A stretch of 64,000 nucleotides of DNA from Bdellovibrionales bacterium. Its GTDB lineage: Bacteria > Bdellovibrionota > Bdellovibrionia > Bdellovibrionales > JAGQZY01. Positions within the stretch are counted from its first letter, which is position 1. Each line of letters begins with the position of its first letter. The position numbers and the translations under genes were made by a program. The stretch is taken from positions 8,683 to 72,682 of the forward strand of contig JAYUQP010000022.1 of the NCBI GenBank assembly GCA_043757265.1, written 5' to 3'. Shown here piece after piece: positions 35,241 to 46,500 of this stretch. The notes below the pieces were generated by a model. It searched no databases. It was not told the DNA's origin and worked only from the letters and a program-made list of their open reading frames with translations.

Positions 35241-36230
35241 ATGGCGACAGCAAATAAAATGATCAAATTGGCTAAGGGCGATTACCTTTTTCGCGAAGGT
35301 GATCCGAGTGATTGCATGTACCTGATAAAATCGGGTCGCATGGCAATTACAAAAAAAACTTTCAACGAGGGCGACGAAATCGTCCTCGCTGAAAAAATCA
35401 ACGGGGAGCTCATCGGCGAGATGGCATTTTTTGACAGCAAACCCCGCTCGGCAGGTGCCCAAGGACTGAGTGTTTGCGAGCTGATCGAATTGCCGTTTGC
35501 ATCCTTACAAGAACAATTTAATTTGTTTCCAATGTGGATAAAAGTTTTGATGAAAACCACAGTGGGACAAGTTCGAGATGCAAATACGCGCATCAAAAAT
35601 CTCGAAAACATAACCTCCGATACCAAAGACAAGTTGGGTCCGCACATTCTGCTTCGCGTGTGTGCTATCATCGATCTTCTCAGGCACAAAGCCGAAGAGA
35701 CCGACGACGGCTTTGAATTTCCATACAAGGAATTGCATTTTTATTGCAATCAGGTGTTTCATCAAACCACTCCTAAAATTATCCGTTGCGTGAAGGTTTT
35801 GCAAAAGCTCGAGATCATCAAAGTTGACGAAACCGAGGGCGCTCAAAAGGTAACTTTGATGGAGCCCGATCTCCTTGCTGCTTTTACCGTTTGGTACAAC
35901 ACCTTTATCTCGACCAGCCAAAGCGATCAGGTGCAAATCGACGAAAAAGAATTATCGCCACTCGAAGTTCTTGCTCATTATGGCGGAGAGCTTCCTGCTA
36001 AAAACGGACTTGTAACCCTTCCCTTAAAACAAGCAGAGGAAAATGCTTTCGATGACATTGATATAGAGTTTAAAGCTGACAGTGTGGATTCATTGGTGAA
36101 AAAAGGGGTCATTAAAGACAAAACTGTCGAAAACGACAAGCTCGTTGTTAAGTACAACCCCGAAGAAGTCCAACGATTGGCAGCCTTTTGGAAAATCATC
36201 CACACCTACAATAAGCATACAACTATGTAA
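35241..36230 (+). CDS. cyclic-nucleotide-binding (CAP_ED) domain protein with an uncharacterised C-terminal domain
   Basis: 'GDYLFREGDPSDCMYLIKSGRMAI...GELIGEMAFFDSKPRSAGA' is a canonical cNMP-binding cassette. I recognised no Crp-type HTH in the ~200-aa C-terminal region. Confidence 0.7.
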   Translation: MATANKMIKLAKGDYLFREGDPSDCMYLIKSGRMAITKKTFNEGDEIVLAEKINGELIGEMAFFDSKPRSAGAQGLSVCELIELPFASLQEQFNLFPMWIKVLMKTTVGQVRDANTRIKNLENITSDTKDKLGPHILLRVCAIIDLLRHKAEETDDGFEFPYKELHFYCNQVFHQTTPKIIRCVKVLQKLEIIKVDETEGAQKVTLMEPDLLAAFTVWYNTFISTSQSDQVQIDEKELSPLEVLAHYGGELPAKNGLVTLPLKQAEENAFDDIDIEFKADSVDSLVKKGVIKDKTVENDKLVVKYNPEEVQRLAAFWKIIHTYNKHTTM

Positions 36231-36303
36231 GCTCTTTACACCCCCTTGTGAAACGAGGATGGTTCAAGTAGTGTGCCCCCTTCAAACCTAATTTGGGGGC
36301 CCC

Positions 36304-38265
36304 ATGCGAGTTTTGTTGTTCTTAGCTTTTACGGTTTCGGCAGGATCCGCGTTCGCAGATGTTTTACAAGGAATCACGGACCAAATCCAAGACGAGTGGG
36401 AAAACTCAACCCTCAAGGCTCACCCCACTCTAAAAACCGGCTGGAATGTGGGCAGTCTATCTTCTCTTACCGGCCAGATTGGCTATACGTTTTCTGTTTC
36501 GCCCGCCTATGTTCAAGATCGCCATCAACGCGTCGACGCCTATGCAATCAAGCTGGGCGCTCATATTGGCGATGCTCTCGGAGTCGGAAGATCGGCTGAG
36601 GCTCAAATTTCCTTTTCGCGGTTGTTCAATCGAAAAAACCAAGCACTGTTCGCCGCTCCCGTGTCCCCTCGCAGTTTTCCATTCACCGCCGAGACGGCTT
36701 TGCAAAGCCTCGAGCGCGGCTCGGCCGCCCGCCTCGAATTAGCAACCGACGGGCATATTGGCGCAAGCTTTTCTCACATCGCAAACACCGGTCTCGGTGT
36801 GTTCCCCGCACAGTTCAGCGCGGCCGTTCGCCGGGGCACGCGTTACATCATCGATGTTTATCGCTTGGATCAGTACCGCGTGCGTCTTCGCATGGTCGCC
36901 ACCCGCAACATGGGTACGCTCGGCGCAAAAACCAGCGTGACGCCTTTGACTTCGCTCAATTTCGGTTCGGGTTTTGTCGACACTATTTTAAATCAACTTT
37001 TTCGCTGCGACCTCATCTCGATCGAAGGCGAAAAAACAGCCACCAATAAACTTCCGGTGGACAGCATGATGGTGGACTATGTGCTTTATCTAGATGCCCC
37101 ACTTGGCGCCGACAGTTATAATCAATTTTTTGCCCAAATTTTGAATATGGATGTGGTTAATCACCTCCGACTTTTTCAAACACCCGAACAATTTCACAAT
37201 TCGGTTTGGAACTATGCGCAGGTTATCAACAATGCTTACGAGAAGGAAAAACTCGTAGCGGCACCACAGTATCGAATTGTACAGAGGGAATTTATCGGTC
37301 GGACGCTCACAGATTTTCGTAAAATTTCGGTGGGCTCTGGATGCTTTAAACTTTGGGATGTGGACCGCGAAGTGTATCATGGAACATCCGGTGTCCGTTC
37401 GGTGAACGATAATAATCAAATCGAAGATTATTTTTACCTGCGAACTCAGCAATTTCAGGAATTTAATTTTCTCTTTGGACTCTTCGACGAGGAGCATGCC
37501 CTCGAGGTGAACACTCTGTTTCGTGCTCAGCGGCTCGACGAAAAAAATCCCCTCTCGCTCAAACCAGTGGCGCTCTCAGATCTTGTACTGACTCGCTCGT
37601 TCAAGGATAAGAAGTTTTTAGGAAAAGGCACGCTGATCAACGAAATTCGCACGTACCGGAAAGACCTTGAATATCAGTATCCGCAGTTTTTTTCCAACAT
37701 CGACTGGACACAGTACACAAATACAAAACAGTTGGCCTATTCCAAAATCGAAATGATTTTTGACGCCCGCACGGTGACGTTGCTGCGCCAGCAAAACTTT
37801 TCCGAAGATCAGCTGAAACGACTTTTACAAAATTACATCACTCGTTACCCATATAAGAATCATCTTTCCACAACGGATGGCGGCACACACGATGATTCAA
37901 AAACCGGCTTTGAACGTTTTAAAAAAGACACAGCCGTTATTGCTCGTCGCCTCACCCTGATATTTACGCCAGGGACCACAGTTGAAGTGGCAGTAAAGGC
38001 ATTTAGTTCCCTGCGGAAGAATGCGTTGTTTCAAGATGTGGGCGCAGGCTTCGTTCTGACCTTGCTTCCGCAGAATCAAGTTCGAGATCTTGTAGAAGCG
38101 ACATTAACGATTGGTGCGAAAGACACACCCACAATCGAAATTGTAAGCCACTCGGCTGGCATGTCCCACCTCTACAAACAGGTGGAACATATCCTCAACA
38201 CCATCAACGACAGAAGCTTTGATCTACGCCTGCACAAAGAGATCGGCCCCGTTCAAGATCAATAA
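36304..38265 (+). CDS. secreted hypothetical protein
   Basis: 653 aa with signal peptide MRVLLFLAFTVSAGSAFA/D. No motif recognised. Confidence 0.5.
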   Translation: MRVLLFLAFTVSAGSAFADVLQGITDQIQDEWENSTLKAHPTLKTGWNVGSLSSLTGQIGYTFSVSPAYVQDRHQRVDAYAIKLGAHIGDALGVGRSAEAQISFSRLFNRKNQALFAAPVSPRSFPFTAETALQSLERGSAARLELATDGHIGASFSHIANTGLGVFPAQFSAAVRRGTRYIIDVYRLDQYRVRLRMVATRNMGTLGAKTSVTPLTSLNFGSGFVDTILNQLFRCDLISIEGEKTATNKLPVDSMMVDYVLYLDAPLGADSYNQFFAQILNMDVVNHLRLFQTPEQFHNSVWNYAQVINNAYEKEKLVAAPQYRIVQREFIGRTLTDFRKISVGSGCFKLWDVDREVYHGTSGVRSVNDNNQIEDYFYLRTQQFQEFNFLFGLFDEEHALEVNTLFRAQRLDEKNPLSLKPVALSDLVLTRSFKDKKFLGKGTLINEIRTYRKDLEYQYPQFFSNIDWTQYTNTKQLAYSKIEMIFDARTVTLLRQQNFSEDQLKRLLQNYITRYPYKNHLSTTDGGTHDDSKTGFERFKKDTAVIARRLTLIFTPGTTVEVAVKAFSSLRKNALFQDVGAGFVLTLLPQNQVRDLVEATLTIGAKDTPTIEIVSHSAGMSHLYKQVEHILNTINDRSFDLRLHKEIGPVQDQ

Positions 38266-38429
38266 AGCAAAAAGTACTTCGAATCTAATATAGCAAAAGG
38301 TACTTCGTACTTTTTGTGTTCGAGCAGAAGTTACGGCGCACTTTTTCAGGACGCGATTACTGGTTGTGCGTAAAGAGGAGTTGGTGCCGGAATAAACAGG
38401 ACCTGGCACCGGATTTCCCTGAATACCGA

Positions 38430-38912
38430 TTACCGGCCGATTGTGACCGGTTCGTCTAAGGCTGCTCCACCCGATGCAGGTGCAGTCGTTGTTGTGGTTC
38501 CGCCGTTTTCGCGTTCACACTGTCTTTGACCAGCGGCTTGACCGATGGCTCCGCCAATCATGCCGCCAAAAAGTAATAAAAAGAGAGGTGGTGGTACGGC
38601 GTGGGCGCGCGGAATAAAGATCGCTTCCAAGGCAGCCGATTTTTTCCCACCGGCTCTGTAAGCCATCTGTGTCTTGTCGTACACAGACTCAAGAGTGTCG
38701 GTGTTTTTAAAGATCACATCTTTGCCGTTCAACTTAAAATGAGTGCTACCAACTCTTTCGACGGTGAGGGTTTCGCCTTTGTAAACAAGCTCGGTCATTT
38801 TATTGTTGATACTGGTGATTGTAAAATCCTTCAGACCCATGGCTTGAATCGGCGCTGCCGACGCCACCGTTTGGCTTAAAAAAATCATCGTTACTAAAAT
38901 TGCCTTAATCAT
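38430..38912 (-). CDS. small exported protein with a C-terminal TM segment, hypothetical
   Basis: Signal peptide MIKAILVTMIFLSQTVASA/A. The C-terminal 'PPPLFLLLFGGMIGGAIGQAAG' is hydrophobic and is followed by a Thr-rich tail. Confidence 0.45.
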   Translation of the reverse strand: MIKAILVTMIFLSQTVASAAPIQAMGLKDFTITSINNKMTELVYKGETLTVERVGSTHFKLNGKDVIFKNTDTLESVYDKTQMAYRAGGKKSAALEAIFIPRAHAVPPPLFLLLFGGMIGGAIGQAAGQRQCERENGGTTTTTAPASGGAALDEPVTIGR

Positions 38913-38958
38913 TTTTGCTCCCTATCGTGCCACTTCAAGCTTTCGCTCACGGCCGTTA

Positions 38959-40335
38959 TTAAATGTCAAAAAACGTATACGTTTTATTCGCAATCAACTC
39001 GTGAATTTGCCCATCAAACGGTGTCGCAAGCGGCGTCGATACGCCATTCTGTAACTGAAAAAGATAGCCATCTTCTGTCAGCCCTAGTGTTACGCTACCA
39101 GATTTATAAATGCGTTTAAAGGCCTGGTCATACTGAAGGCTTGAAGTTTTCATGTAGGGGTTCTTCTTGGCGTCGCAACCGAACTCGACGATAGACCCGT
39201 TATCCATCTGCATATAGCCCACGAGGCTCAATTTGTCGTACCCATTCGGGTAAATGATCGAAGTCGGAGTGCCCGAAGTGATGCTTTGTTCTACTTTTGT
39301 TCCGCTGCCGTACGGATCGCAAACAAACCGCACCTTATCCAGGGTGACTTTCGCCGACCATAAACCACCGTAGTGAATGCCAACAAGCTTAGCTTTTTCC
39401 TCGGGAGTTTGGTTATTGTACTCAACAGCATCGGCTCCAGCCGGTTGGTTTAACTGCCCTTCGTCTTTGGTAAAAACGTAGGTCGCAGGAAGAGTTTTAT
39501 CATCTGGAAAGAGCACATAATAATCACGACGAATCGCGATCTGTCCAAGATGCGGCGAAGAACCCTGCCTGGTGATTTTCGGAGTGGCTTGATCGAAGAC
39601 TAATTTATGAAATCCTAGGTCTTTATTCAAAACCAAAAAGTCTGGCGAAAAACTAATGCTCACTGGAAATTCAAAAGCCTCAAATGCATACACCAACGCG
39701 GAAGCTTTTGAGTAGGCCTTCATCGCTGGATGCACGTTTTGCGAGTATCGCGCGATCTGTGCGTAGGTTTCCACCGTTACGGCATATGAACCCGAGTCAG
39801 TAATGCGCGTGTCACACGCCCCTTGGATTCCTTTTCGAGGACCGTTCGTACACGTAGTGTGCGGAAATCCATCGATGTGTCGCGCCTCGTGCATATAAAC
39901 GCTTGCACTATCTAATGCCGAAAACGCATCCGACAGCATCAGCGGACACACATACATAGTCTTACTACCAAAGGTCGGCATTACAAAAGCACCGGCGCCT
40001 TTAGGGCAGTTCGCCTGGATATTGAACTTGTTAATTCTACCGGTAAAATAGGTCCACCAGTTTGTGGCAAATTTTCCGGAGAACATTTGATCTTTGCTCA
40101 CTGGCATTGATGCGTCGAATTTTGTATCGCGCATAAACATAATTCCAGCCATCAAGCGTGAAATGTCTGTATTGTCATAGCAATATTCTTTACCCGCTAA
40201 ATTTTGAAACTGGGTAAATTTTTTGGCAATCTCGCTCATATCAGCTGCAGATATGCACTCGGCTGCTTGAACACTTGCTGTTAATATTTGAACACTAAAG
40301 AATAGTCCGAATAGGACGCGTTTTGAAAAATCCAT
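38959..40335 (-). CDS. secreted protein with HExxH motif (putative zinc metalloprotease)
   Basis: Signal peptide ...FFSVQILTASVQA/A. 'SVYMHEARHIDGFPH' gives HExxH plus a downstream His. The RBS is AGAGGGGGA. Confidence 0.45.
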   Translation of the reverse strand: MDFSKRVLFGLFFSVQILTASVQAAECISAADMSEIAKKFTQFQNLAGKEYCYDNTDISRLMAGIMFMRDTKFDASMPVSKDQMFSGKFATNWWTYFTGRINKFNIQANCPKGAGAFVMPTFGSKTMYVCPLMLSDAFSALDSASVYMHEARHIDGFPHTTCTNGPRKGIQGACDTRITDSGSYAVTVETYAQIARYSQNVHPAMKAYSKASALVYAFEAFEFPVSISFSPDFLVLNKDLGFHKLVFDQATPKITRQGSSPHLGQIAIRRDYYVLFPDDKTLPATYVFTKDEGQLNQPAGADAVEYNNQTPEEKAKLVGIHYGGLWSAKVTLDKVRFVCDPYGSGTKVEQSITSGTPTSIIYPNGYDKLSLVGYMQMDNGSIVEFGCDAKKNPYMKTSSLQYDQAFKRIYKSGSVTLGLTEDGYLFQLQNGVSTPLATPFDGQIHELIANKTYTFFDI

Positions 40336-40450
40336 TTAATCCCCCTCTTCTATCCATAGAAGACTTTAAATAAGGGTTACAGAAAACACGGCATAGGACA
40401 AGGAGTATTTTATTTGAGCAATTCAATTTGAATCAGCCAGAGGCTCTACT

Positions 40451-41140
40451 TCAGAGTTCTGATTGCAATTCGGACTGCTTACGCTGCGCGTAGTTTTTCA
40501 CTGTCATGTCGTCTTGTCGATTGATAATTTTGCGAAGCTCATCAATTCGCAAGCTCAACGGACGATCGCTTTCGGCAATGGCATCAATGGCGATGATGGC
40601 TTTAGCGCGCTCTTGATTATTTTGTAATTCTTGAATCGAATGTGGTTCTGCAGGCTCGCCATTCACCGGTCGCGAGGCCACTTCGCTCAAGCTACCAAAT
40701 GTTGCGTCTCCGCCGAGCGATAGCAAGTAGGTCGCAAGAATCCTTTCGTTATGGGACGCCGAAGAATTTGTTACTGCTCTTTTCAAAAACTCAATCTGTG
40801 GCGCCGTAAAAACCTTTGCTGCCTGACGAAGCTCAGCCTCCTTTAAATTAACATCAAGATGGATTGAACTCATCTGCTTGATCTCTTCGCGAAACCACCC
40901 ATTAAATTTTGCACCCACCCCGGCATCATTCAAATTTGCAGGGCTCCGATCTAAATTCGACTTTTGCTGTATTTGTGCTGACTCGTTTTCTTCAGACTCA
41001 TTTGTTTTAAAGTAGTCTGAGGTTTCGACGATAACTTCGCCGACTGTCTTCTTCTTATCGATCACGAACCGATTAAAGGATGTTGCCGCCACAACGATCA
41101 ACAAAACCACCGCAAAATAAAGCAAAAGACGCTTCATCAT
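40451..41140 (-). CDS. membrane-anchored hypothetical protein
   Basis: 229 aa with N-terminal TM MMKRLLLYFAVVLLIVVAATSF. It starts 2 nt after the rhodanese gene stop. Confidence 0.45.
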   Translation of the reverse strand: MMKRLLLYFAVVLLIVVAATSFNRFVIDKKKTVGEVIVETSDYFKTNESEENESAQIQQKSNLDRSPANLNDAGVGAKFNGWFREEIKQMSSIHLDVNLKEAELRQAAKVFTAPQIEFLKRAVTNSSASHNERILATYLLSLGGDATFGSLSEVASRPVNGEPAEPHSIQELQNNQERAKAIIAIDAIAESDRPLSLRIDELRKIINRQDDMTVKNYAQRKQSELQSEL

Positions 41141-41142
41141 GC

Positions 41143-41526
41143 TTAAGCGTCTTTCTGCGTCCAGCCTTTTATGCCGGGTTTAAAATGCTTAATGTTTTTG
41201 TAATTCAATTTACAGGCTGCTACGGCCGCTTTTTTCCAAGCTGTGCACATTGTTCCACCGCAATAAGCAACGATCACACCGTCTTTGCTCTTCGGCAGAA
41301 CCTCGGCAATATTTTTTTGCGACTCAAAATGAACAGCACCGGGAATACGTTGTTTGTCGAACGATGTTTTTGGGTTAACATCTAAAATGACTGCAGTTTT
41401 GTCATCGATCATTTTTTGCAATTCAGCTTTAGTAACTTCTGGGTAGTTCGCGTCTGAATCGCAATTGGTGTTTGCAGAGGCACTTGGTACGAGAACAGTG
41501 AGAACTAGGATCATGAGACTTTTCAT
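41143..41526 (-). CDS. periplasmic rhodanese-domain protein
   Basis: The ATG at 41526 is preceded by AAGGAG and gives MKSLMILVLTVLVPSASA/N. 'VILDVNPKTSFDKQRIPGAVHF' and active-site loop 'AYCGGTMCTAW' are present. Confidence 0.75.
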   Translation of the reverse strand: MKSLMILVLTVLVPSASANTNCDSDANYPEVTKAELQKMIDDKTAVILDVNPKTSFDKQRIPGAVHFESQKNIAEVLPKSKDGVIVAYCGGTMCTAWKKAAVAACKLNYKNIKHFKPGIKGWTQKDA

Positions 41527-41950
41527 TATCAACTCCTTGATGTTAAACGCTCCAACCTTTGAGCGGCGATAGAACCTATAATCGAATAGGTTACCGAAAC
41601 GTAAGCGTAGCAGAAGTTTAAAAAAAATCAAAGGGGTTATTAATTGGCGCATTTATCAGTTCGGACAGTCGCGCGCGTAGCGCCTTCTTCCCAATAACTT
41701 GATCAGTGAAAAAGTGGGCGCATAGCAGGATTTTCAAACTGGCTTGTATATTATGGTTTACCTCTTAAAATTTTTCGCACCGACAACATCTTTACTTTCT
41801 TTACAAATCAAAAAGTCACATTTCACCCGCTTAGACAAGTAGCCGAAAAACTCACGCTCCGCGCTCATTCCGCTAACCGTTTCCGATGTCAGAAAACCGT
41901 AAACCAGTTATCTGGTAACCGGTATCAAGATATCAGCTATCCGAATTTGT

Positions 41951-42463
41951 CTATTTGCCAATTGGAACGTACCCAAACTCAAATGAAAATTCTGGCGCTT
42001 GCTCTACCGGAGTCAACCGTAGGTGCAAAACTTTGCCTTTAATCGCCTCGGTTAAACATAGTGCCGACTCCACGTCATACAGGTGGTCTTTGTGGCCCTG
42101 CTTCAAGTCTCTAATAGATGCCACGGCCCTCTTCTTGGCCTCCGCTTCGCTGTCTGCCACCACAAAAACATTGCGGTGGATTTCGGTGAATTCTTGCGGC
42201 GAATAGGCGCCTAAATTTACAAAGTATAATTTTTTGGAATCAGCTGCAGGGGCTTCGACGAATTCAAGCTTGTGACCGTCGGCGTACTCGAGCGCCCCCC
42301 AGCAGTCCAAGTGCAGACTCTCAGGTGTTCCCCACCACGTTTTTTTTAACTCGCCGTAAGTTTCCTCAATCCGCGTTGCGACGACAAAGCGCATATCGTG
42401 AAGCTCGATCAAAGATTGGGTAGTCTTCCCACCGATATAAATCACAAATAGTTTGTTGTTCAC
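41951..42463 (-). CDS. DUF1543-like protein
   Basis: 'LFVIYIGGKTTQSLIELHDMRFVVA...LHLDCWG', with a second half 'LYFVNLGAY...EIHRNVFVVA', resembles the duplicated DUF1543 motif (GG...ElHD.rF). Confidence 0.5.
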   Translation of the reverse strand: MNNKLFVIYIGGKTTQSLIELHDMRFVVATRIEETYGELKKTWWGTPESLHLDCWGALEYADGHKLEFVEAPAADSKKLYFVNLGAYSPQEFTEIHRNVFVVADSEAEAKKRAVASIRDLKQGHKDHLYDVESALCLTEAIKGKVLHLRLTPVEQAPEFSFEFGYVPIGK

Positions 42464-42627
42464 ACGAAACCTCCGTTAATCCCCAGACCTATAAATTGAA
42501 TTATTTTCTCTGGATACCTAAAAACGCGGATTTCTAATTATTTTTCTTAAGACTATGGTACATCCGTTTTGGGCCAAAGAAGCATCGGGGATTCTAAAAA
42601 TTAAGGTATCTAAAACAGGGGGCTGTT

Positions 42628-43266
42628 TTGCTACAATTTTCATCACTCTTTTTATCGTTATCATTGTTGTGCACTCAAAGTTTTGCGGCCGACGGGATCG
42701 GGACGAATTCGCAAGGGACTGGAGCGAACGGAATCGACGCGCATATGACCGACGCGCACGGCACGGGCGCACAAACAACCAACGCGCACTGGACGGACGG
42801 GTATGAGCTCACCACCTTGCAAATCAACTTGCTCCTAAAATGGGAAGGCGAACAAAAGTTTGACCACGAAAAACTTGTGGGCTTCGCCAAAAGTTTCGAG
42901 AAGCACAATCTTAAAGCAGAACCCTATGTACCTCCTCACACGTTTGCCGAACTTATCGAAGTATCAGCATGGGCTGAGGGCGCAGCTTTCGCGACATTTG
43001 CTGAATATGCAGGTTACACGTTCGACAACGAGGCCTACAACGCCGCTTGCCCCAACCGTGTGCTGTTTAATTTCGGCTATGCCACAGGCAAGGAATACTT
43101 TCGGGTTGATGTTCTTGTTCAGTACATGAGTCTGTTTGATTCATTGCAAATTACCTATGCACTACATCCTTCGACCTTTCCGCAGAAGTATTTGGAGTTA
43201 GCCAAATCCCGCGGCTTCGACGTGTATTTGAGAACCGCCGTCGAGATGGCGCAAAACTCGTATTAG
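42628..43266 (+). CDS. secreted hypothetical protein (TTG start)
   Basis: AGGGGGCTG lies 2 nt upstream of the TTG. Signal peptide MLQFSSLFLSLSLLCTQSFA/A, followed by a degenerate T(D/N)AH repeat. Confidence 0.45.
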   Translation: MLQFSSLFLSLSLLCTQSFAADGIGTNSQGTGANGIDAHMTDAHGTGAQTTNAHWTDGYELTTLQINLLLKWEGEQKFDHEKLVGFAKSFEKHNLKAEPYVPPHTFAELIEVSAWAEGAAFATFAEYAGYTFDNEAYNAACPNRVLFNFGYATGKEYFRVDVLVQYMSLFDSLQITYALHPSTFPQKYLELAKSRGFDVYLRTAVEMAQNSY

Positions 43267-43583
43267 AGAGTGCGCTGTACTTTAAAGTTGGTTTTCGTCT
43301 GGTTTCAATTGAGAGATACTTTTGTTAACCACAGAGCCAAACGGCGAAAGTACTATATAACCCATCGCGTAGAATTGCCGAGCTAAACACACAGAATTTT
43401 CGAGCTGAAAAGCCAATTCCCCTCAGTTTCTTCAGATTGTAGTCAATTCTAAAAACATTAAAATATTTTCAATTCTCCGCATAGTTTTGAATCATTTGCA
43501 GAGGGTTGGTAACGCATTAACTTATCTAAAATAAGTCAATGTTCGGGGTTTGATTACGGCTTTTTTTATGTTGGGGAATTATC

Positions 43584-46500
43584 ATGAAAGTTCAAAAAAT
43601 ACGCTTTGCAGCCTGTTCGCAATTTCTTTTCTTATTTTTGTTTGCCCAATCATTTGCCGATATCAATGAATCGTCGGCGCTAAAAACCTACAAAGAACGG
43701 CTGCGAGTGATAGAAAACAGCCTTAATCCTGCCGAAATGTACGAGGCGACGAAAGATCTTGTACCAACCAACGAATCTTTCGAAATCCTAAAACAGACCC
43801 TGGCACATCTTCCCGACCGACACAATAACGGCGACTTCGAGAAAGCTTTCAATCCAGAAAATACGATTATGATTCTTCTGGAGGCTTTTGAAAAACATGC
43901 CTCTTCCGTAGACATCGAACTCCTTGCCGATCTCAATCGATGGGCAGATCTTTCCCACCTCGAAGAAGTTGTGCAGCAAAAGATAATTCAAACTGCTATT
44001 TACCTCAAAAATATAAGCTCGGCACGCAAGCTTGTTTCGATGAATACCCTATACCCCTCAAGCGGAATACGCCCTTCCCCGACCACACTTCGCCTTGCAG
44101 GACCAAGTCCACAAAAAATCAGTGATGCACACCAATCCGCATTGATTGAAATTGAGCGCTTTTACCGGAGCATGAAAGATCGCGTTGTTGGACAAGATGA
44201 TATTCTTAAATCCTTCCGCTCCCTTTACATCAGTGACCTTATTAGCGGAGGTCGCCGTATTGAGCCAGAAGTTTTTTATCTGATGGGTCTTCCTGGGAAT
44301 GGCAAAGACACCATCGCCGAGGCCTATATTGATGCTCTTTGGAATATGCGAGACGCTCACGTTTCGCATATGTATCGCATCAACATTCGCACTAAAGAAG
44401 AAGCGTGGAGTTTATTTGGTTCTAGCAAGGGATACGTCGGCTCAGCTGACCTCCCCAGTTTCTTAAAGTTCTTGGTTGAGCACTCGGGCGGTAAATACAT
44501 ATTGGGCAGCGAGGCGACACCTCAAGGGACCCGAACTATTGTCGAAAAAAATACGACATGGAAGGCTGACGAATTCACTTTAAGAGCCCCGTCCCATAAG
44601 GCTGTTATTTTTGTAAACGAAGCTCACAATATCCCTCGTGCAGTAAAGGACAATATTCTCAAACAAGCCATCGAACGTGGTATTTTTCCAATCACCAATC
44701 CAGGCTCCACTCCCAACGCTGTTTCGCAAATTCAACTGCCCGTAACTTTTATCTTCGCATCCAACGAGGGAATTGATCTGCTCGAACCGCGCGAAAAAAA
44801 CGGAGCGCGCCTTGGTAAACCTTTATCCTTTGATCGTTTGCTTGAAAATTATGAACGCGTCTTTAAAGATAAAGAACGCCTGAAACAAGCAATCATGAAG
44901 GGCAATGGCGAGCTCAATAATCCAAATCATCCGGATCAACCAGGAACCTCAGAAGAGTTTCTCAATCGTTTCCCTGACCATCGCGTTCACCTGTTACGTC
45001 CACTCAGCCCAGAAAACCTCCAGCGGATCGCTGAAATATTAATTAAAGCTGAAAGTAACAAACTTAAAAATGCGAGCGGACGCCTTGGACAATACACCGT
45101 CACATTGTCAGAGGAAGCCATTCGCTTTATCACTCAATATGATTCTATTCCTTCTGAAAACTCTCGTCCGATCAAGGCTCGACTGAAAAGTTTTGTCTTT
45201 GATGAAATTTTTCAGGCCATTGAAAGCAAAGAAATTAAACCATCTTCGCTTGTCCAAGATATTTACGTCGACATTCAACTCAATCCGGATGGCTCACGCT
45301 CCGCTCATTTTAAAATCACTGATTCAAATCCAACCTCTTATGAGTTTTGGAGCGTTATCGATCAAACCCTCAAAGATGTTCCCCAGGAACCCTTGTCACG
45401 AGACCGCATAGAGGCAATTTTAAAAATGCGTCAACAAATTCTCGATAATGTGTTCGGTGTTGAACACATCGTCGATAAGCTAATTGAGGCCGCGATTGTT
45501 TCCGAAAGCGAATCACGCAATGCCGGTGAGTCAAAAAGGCCTGCCACGGTGATGGCTTTTTTAGGTAAAACTTCCACTGGAAAAACAGAGACCGCAAAAC
45601 AGTACGTAAAAGCTCGCTATGGAACTCACGAACGGCTTGAAACAATCGACTTCAATGGGATCCGCGATCTCCAAGCGATGAACGCAAGAATTCTTGGCAC
45701 CTTTGATGCGCGAAATAATCCTATCGCCTCAGATTTCATGAAGGCCTACGACCGTGCTCCCGATGGAAATATTGCATTTATCTTTGATGAGGCCGCAAAT
45801 TCACCAAGGGAGTTGTTAAAAGGTCTGTATGAGATTTTGCGAGAACCGGTTGTTTCTGGTTTTTCTGACGGAAAGCCACGTCCCATGAAAAATGTAACTA
45901 TTATTTTGACGGGCAATGCCGGTGAACAAATCTACAACTTGATTCCAAAAGATCTTCCAACCGATGTTTACGAACGCGCCATGCGCGAGGTCTTTCGAAT
46001 TTTCCTGAATAACGCCGACCTCCAGCAACGAATTTTAGCAGAGACTTTCCCAGACGCGTTCATTGCGCGTCTGGGAAATAATGTTTATCATTTCGGCCCC
46101 TTGAAAGACTCAGGCAAGCGGCAAGTGGCGCAGTTGAAACTCCTCAAGGGACTTGAAGGACTAAAGCCTAAAAACAGTGAGCGTGGCTGGAATATGGTCT
46201 TTGCTAAAGAGTCCGATATTTTAGACCTCTTCGACCTTATCGAAAAAGAAGGGTTTAACAGTGCCCACCAGGGCGCCTCGATCGACTCCTTTGTTCGGCT
46301 TTCCATCATTGATAAAATCAAAGCCAAACTGCTGAGTGAAAATGTCGCTAATGGACAAGATGTCATGATTGAAGTTGCGAAAGAATCTATCGTACGGTCC
46401 GACCGCGACGTTTCAAATTCCTTTAGACACATGAAAATTATCACCGAAGCTGGTCAAGAATTTATCGTCGAAATCCCAATTTCGAAAAGAACGACTTCGA

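Noticed and set aside
35046-35936. Antisense ORFs of 138, 148 and 143 aa overlapping oxyR and the cNMP-binding gene
   Set aside because: They are shadow ORFs opposite genes with clear family motifs, and they carry no motifs of their own.
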